In this document: positions 59,838 to 64,000 of the stretch, piece by piece
How positions within the stretch are numbered: position 1 is the stretch's first letter
How the letters are laid out: each line of letters opens with the position of its first letter
Source: Chara braunii
Lineage: Eukaryota; Plantae; Charophyceae
Length of the DNA stretch: 64,000 bases
Direction of reading: 5' to 3'
NCBI GenBank assembly: GCA_003427395.1
Contig: BFEA01000021.1
Span: forward strand, 3,853,064 to 3,917,063
Translations under genes and position numbers: made by a program
The notes under the pieces: generated by a model
Told to the model about the DNA's origin: nothing
Databases searched by the model: none
What the model saw: the letters and a program-made list of their open reading frames with translations, nothing else

Positions 59838-61680
59838 TGTCGGACCAAATACCGTTACAAGGGTATTTGGCCATATTTTTGCAGTTGACACAACGGCGAC
59901 ATCGGCTACCATGAAAGGGTCAGTCCAGAATGGAAAGGGATGTGCGCGCTTTGGCGTGACCCTTGAACGATTTCCTCGACCGTTGAGGCCGGGGCGATTT
60001 GGCGAGGAAAATTCGAGCGTATGCGCGCCCACTGTTATGACGGGCTTTGTGATGGTTAGAATCGGTAGTAATACCCTCCGACCGAGAAGGTCGAGGGGTT
60101 GATTAGGTTAGTGTTGTGTCGGGGGCACCTACGGCACACTCTGAGACTTGGGATGGTACCTGTCTATGTGCCGGTACTGGTCCTCTAAAAATACTAACTT
60201 TTGTTCGGCCTCGGGTACCCGAAACATCTACCTTAGTGTGGTACCGGCCGACCCACTACATGAGGGTTTTCCCACAACGACCCTCAAAGTCACGACCGCA
60301 GGTAAGTATCGGCCCTTCGGGCCGTCCGATCAACCAAGTGCCCTCGTGGGTCACTCACGTACTCAAGCTGACAAGAACTAAGACAGACACGCAAACCAGC
60401 GAGAGTGCACACACACATAGACTTCGACCCGAGCCCCATTGTTGTACTTATACTTAGAATGCTCCTAACTTACTCAAAGCAGGATCTAGTGCAGTAGGTT
60501 CAGGAGTGGATTATGAAGTAACTGATATAGGAAACGAGTCCACCCTGCCTCTGCGCCAGCTCATTTTGGTGAGGACCCGAGGCCAGCCCTACGAGGGCCT
60601 CTATTTCACGCCGCATTTGGACGGCCCGGGCTTGAACCCGCGACCTCGGTGTTAGCAATTAGTTAGAGGTAGTTAAAGTTTGAGCCCCGTTTGAAACGGG
60701 GGCACGACACTTGGCAGTTAGGGTGGTTAGTAATTAGATTTCTTTTGCTTTCCTTTTATTTTATTTTTCTTTTTTTTATTAGTTAGATTTCGTTTCCTTT
60801 TTTTATTTTTATTTTTATTTTCTTTCGGATCCCGTGACTTCTCTTTGGGGATTCACTTTTACGAATCTAACGCTGAAGTCAGGGCGGATCCGTTCAACAG
60901 TAGCTACCGCTACCTTCCACGAGTGAGCCGCGATTGCAGTCTGTTCGACTCGCGCCGGATCAGACGAGGTAGCGCGCGAGGGAGCAGCGGAGACAGCGCG
61001 TGGGAGGTGGCTCCGAAGAAAGTGAGTTGCGCGCAGCGGAGAAAGGAGGGAGTGCGCGTAAGGAGGAGGAGGAGGAGCGCATGCAGACAGACATGCGCGG
61101 AGGAATAAAGATGGCGCACGCGGAAACGAAGGAGGAATGTGGAAAGGAAGAAGAAGAAGAAGAAGAAGAAGAAGAAGAAGAAGAAGAAGAAGAAGAAGAA
61201 GAAAAAGAAGAAAAAGAAAAAGAAGGAGAGAGGGAGAGACACCATGCAAGAGGGAAATAAAGCAAGCACGCAAACGGGGGAGATGGTGACCAGGGAGCAG
61301 GTGGAATAGCGTGTGGGAGAAGACCGAGAAGGGGTTGACAGCACAGAGGAAAAAGAGGACCGTGCAGAAAGAGAGAGTGCGCGGGGGTAGCAGAAAGGGG
61401 AACGCGAGGAGGAAAAAGGAAGGGGACACGCGACCGATGTAGATGGCAGCAAGGGGAATAATGATGTAATGCGAGGGGGAGAAGAGGAAGAAGTAGAAGA
61501 AGAAGAAGAAGAAGAAGAAGAAGGAGGGGGAGAAGGAGAAAAGGGGACTTACCTAGCCGCGCAAGTCAAGGCCGGCGATATCGTGAGGGTGGATTCGTCA
61601 TCCGCCCGACTTCTTGAAATCACCGCGGAGCCGGGGCATCGAGCCGAACGACCGACTGGCGACGACGACGACGAGGAGCG
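59838..61680 (+). mobile_element. LTR C: start of an A-related LTR in the opposite orientation (probably continues further right)
   Basis: Begins TGTCGGACCAAATACCGTTACAAGGGTATTTGG; colinear diverged homology to the reverse complement of 25226-23870. Confidence 0.8.
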
Positions 61681-62790
61681 AGTGAGAACAGGTAAGTCTC
61701 CCTTCCCACAACCCACTCCTTTGTACCCCCATCGATAGGATTAGCAAAATCGAATGTATCTACCGCTAGAACGTGGTAGTATACATTGTTGTAGTTGTGT
61801 GTGCATGCGTGTGTGTGTGTATGAAACGTGGGGCAAAGTGCACGCTACTGCCATCAATAAGATGAGCAACGTCGAATGAATCTGCGGTTAGAGCATGGAA
61901 ATATACGTTGTCGCGGTTGTTTGTTTGAGTGTGGGCTCGTGTGCGTAGGTGTGTATGTGTGTGAACGTGAGGGAAAGAAAAAATGCAAGGCAAGTATCCC
62001 ACCTCACGGCTGATTCGGGGGGACGGATTTTCTATAGTAAGATGGGTAAAATCGAATGAATCTAACGTTATAACATGGAAATATACACTGTTACACGCAT
62101 GTGTGTGCGTGTGTATGTGTGAGTGTGTGCGCTCGTGAGAGAGAGAGGAGAAGGGAGAGGAAGCAGAGCGCCATGAGCAGCTAGGAAGAAATCGCGCGAA
62201 GGGAGAAAAGTGTCATGCGAAGGGAAAAGGGAAGAGCACGCGCACTAGTGAAAGGAGAAGAGAGAAGCAAAGGTGAAAGAAGGGAAGAAGAAGAAGAAGA
62301 AGGGGAAGAGGGAGGAGGAAGACGAAGAGAAAGAGTGGGAGAAACTTACCTGGCTGGCGGGCGATCGCCCTCACTCTTGTCGAGCGACTAGCTCTCCGTG
62401 ATTAAAGCGCACCCTCGTCATGACTGTATCGGACGAAGAAGATAGCTTGTATGCATTCATCAGGGGTATAGCATAAAGGCAAGCGCCTTTCCTTATTTTG
62501 TTATTATTAAAAGAAAAAATATATATTATTGTTATTATTATTATCATCCTAGTGCGCATGTGCACACGCACTTCCCCGCCTCCTTTCCCCCAATTCGCCT
62601 TCCCCATCTCCCCAATTTTCCGATCCCGACCAAACCCGCTCCCGCTCCCACTTCCCGCTTTTCTCCTCCACTCCTCCCCAGGTCTGCCTTCCCCGGGCGC
62701 TTTTCCTCCCGCCTGACCCTGATTCCCCCGGCGCGCACGTGCGTACGACCCCCCCCCTCCTTTATCCCACACCCATGTGCACATGCACGT

Positions 62791-63018
62791 TGGGCAGTTG
62801 CGGGGAGCGGCACATCTGCTAGGAGTTATCGCAAGTGTCCTACGATGAGCCCAACGAGATCAGCAATCTCGTGTGGAGCGAAAGGGTAAAAGCTCATTTG
62901 ATTTTGATTTCCAGCTCGAATACAAACTGTGAGAGCTTCGCCTATCAATCCCTTAGCGTTTCAGGACTTCGAGCTAGAGGTGTCAGACAAGTTATCACAC
63001 GGATAACTGGTTCGCGGT
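62791..63018 (+). pseudogene. Degenerate ~225-bp fragment of nuclear 25S/28S rRNA (domain V region)
   Basis: GCGGCACATCTG...GTGTCCTA.GATGAGC.CAACGAGA.CAG.AATCTCGTGTGG...AAAGGGTAAAAGCTC...GCTAGAGGTGTCAGA.AAGTTA.CACA.GGATAACTGG matches eukaryotic LSU rRNA with many substitutions. Confidence 0.92.
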
Positions 63019-64000
63019 CATGATCATCATCATCATCATCATCATCATCAACATCGTCGCCAGGAGCACGGTATTGTCAATCGATCTCCCTCTTACTAAT
63101 TCCCTCCCTTCCTCCCGCCGATCTTTCTCAAAGATCTCATTTTTTCCTCTCTTTTTACCTCCTCCCTATCTCCCCTTCTCTCCTCTAATCCCCTGCCTAA
63201 TTGGTCGCACCATAAAAAAATTCCTAACATGCATGACAGGTATTTTATGTTTTAGGGTTTGCTTGACAATGCCATCCAACCTGTCGTTCGGAATTTTTAT
63301 CTAATTTAGTAGGATTAATTGTCATTTCCCTTTCGCCAAACGCAGTGATCGAAATTAATTCCAACGTTCTTGTTCAAAAGCTACACAAATTTCTTTACTT
63401 TCTTGATTCATTTCGTTATTTAATTTCAAAATTCAATTTCATTTCAAAACTTCGTAAAATAAATTTCGGAATTTACTCAATTTGATTTCTCTTATGTCGA
63501 ATTTCCTTCTATTTTCTATCCTCTATAAAATTATGAAATTCTTCTATTGTTTCTTATATCCCTTCTGAAAATCTTTTGAATTTTTTTTGAAATTCATCTT
63601 AATCTTGTAACAAGTCAAGAAATTTTGTTGACTTGATCTACATAATCATGGAATTTATTTCAACCTACTTTACATGGCTATCACTAATTCTTTATGAAAT
63701 TTCATCGTAAATTCTTAATTTAGGAATTAGCTTTCTACTTTTATTTCAAATTCCCTTTTAAATTCTTTTACTTCTGGAAATACGTCAAGGAATTTTTCAT
63801 TTTACTTTAAAATTCTCCTCTCAACTCAACTTTACCTCTTCAATCATCTCCTCAAACTTTCGAAAATTTTTACGTCTATTTTTGAAATTCCTTGAATTTT
63901 GCTTCAATTTCTTTAAATTCTGAATTTATGCCCAAATGATTCCGAAATTTTATTTTGATTTTGTGATTGTCTTATGCATGCTTTCCTTTATGCCCCACGT

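Noticed and set aside
62343-62400. ACTTACCTGG resembling the U1 snRNA 5' end
   Set aside because: No convincing downstream U1 stem-loops or Sm site; equally explained as an antisense splice donor.

Overview
Eukaryotic, repeat-only window with no recognisable host gene. The plant-type tRNA-Asp PBS, U6 and 25S rRNA sequences point to a green plant or streptophyte alga; it resembles Chara-type genomes, but that is inference. It is a nest of giant Ty3/gypsy LTR retrotransposons. Element A (minus strand, <1266-25226) sits inside the 3' LTR of element B (minus strand, 25227-52834). B's pol is interrupted by an 8.2-kb hAT transposon (32968-41133, 8-bp TSD). A further putative LTR end (1-1265) interrupts A's 3' LTR. 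B abuts a palindromic satellite (52835-56050), and an A-related LTR (C, plus strand) starts at 59838. A and B are diverged families that share an unusual, complex-retrovirus-like design: (1) very long LTRs (about 11.3 and 7.5 kb) with TGTCG...CGACA ends and a tRNA-Asp PBS; (2) a -1 frameshift on U-UUU-UUA-GGG placed after the protease; (3) a hairpin in place of a polypurine tract; (4) a splice donor at the PBS-proximal end of the LTR and acceptors in front of the ORFs; (5) a second Gag-like gene (tandem capsid-like domains, coiled coil, CCHC knuckle) in the env position. The LTRs carry captured or structured RNA modules: six tandem U6 snRNA-derived copies, hairpin arrays with conserved loops and covarying stems, a tRNA-like half and possibly a 25S rRNA fragment. 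All coding regions are decayed. All alignments and folds were done by eye.
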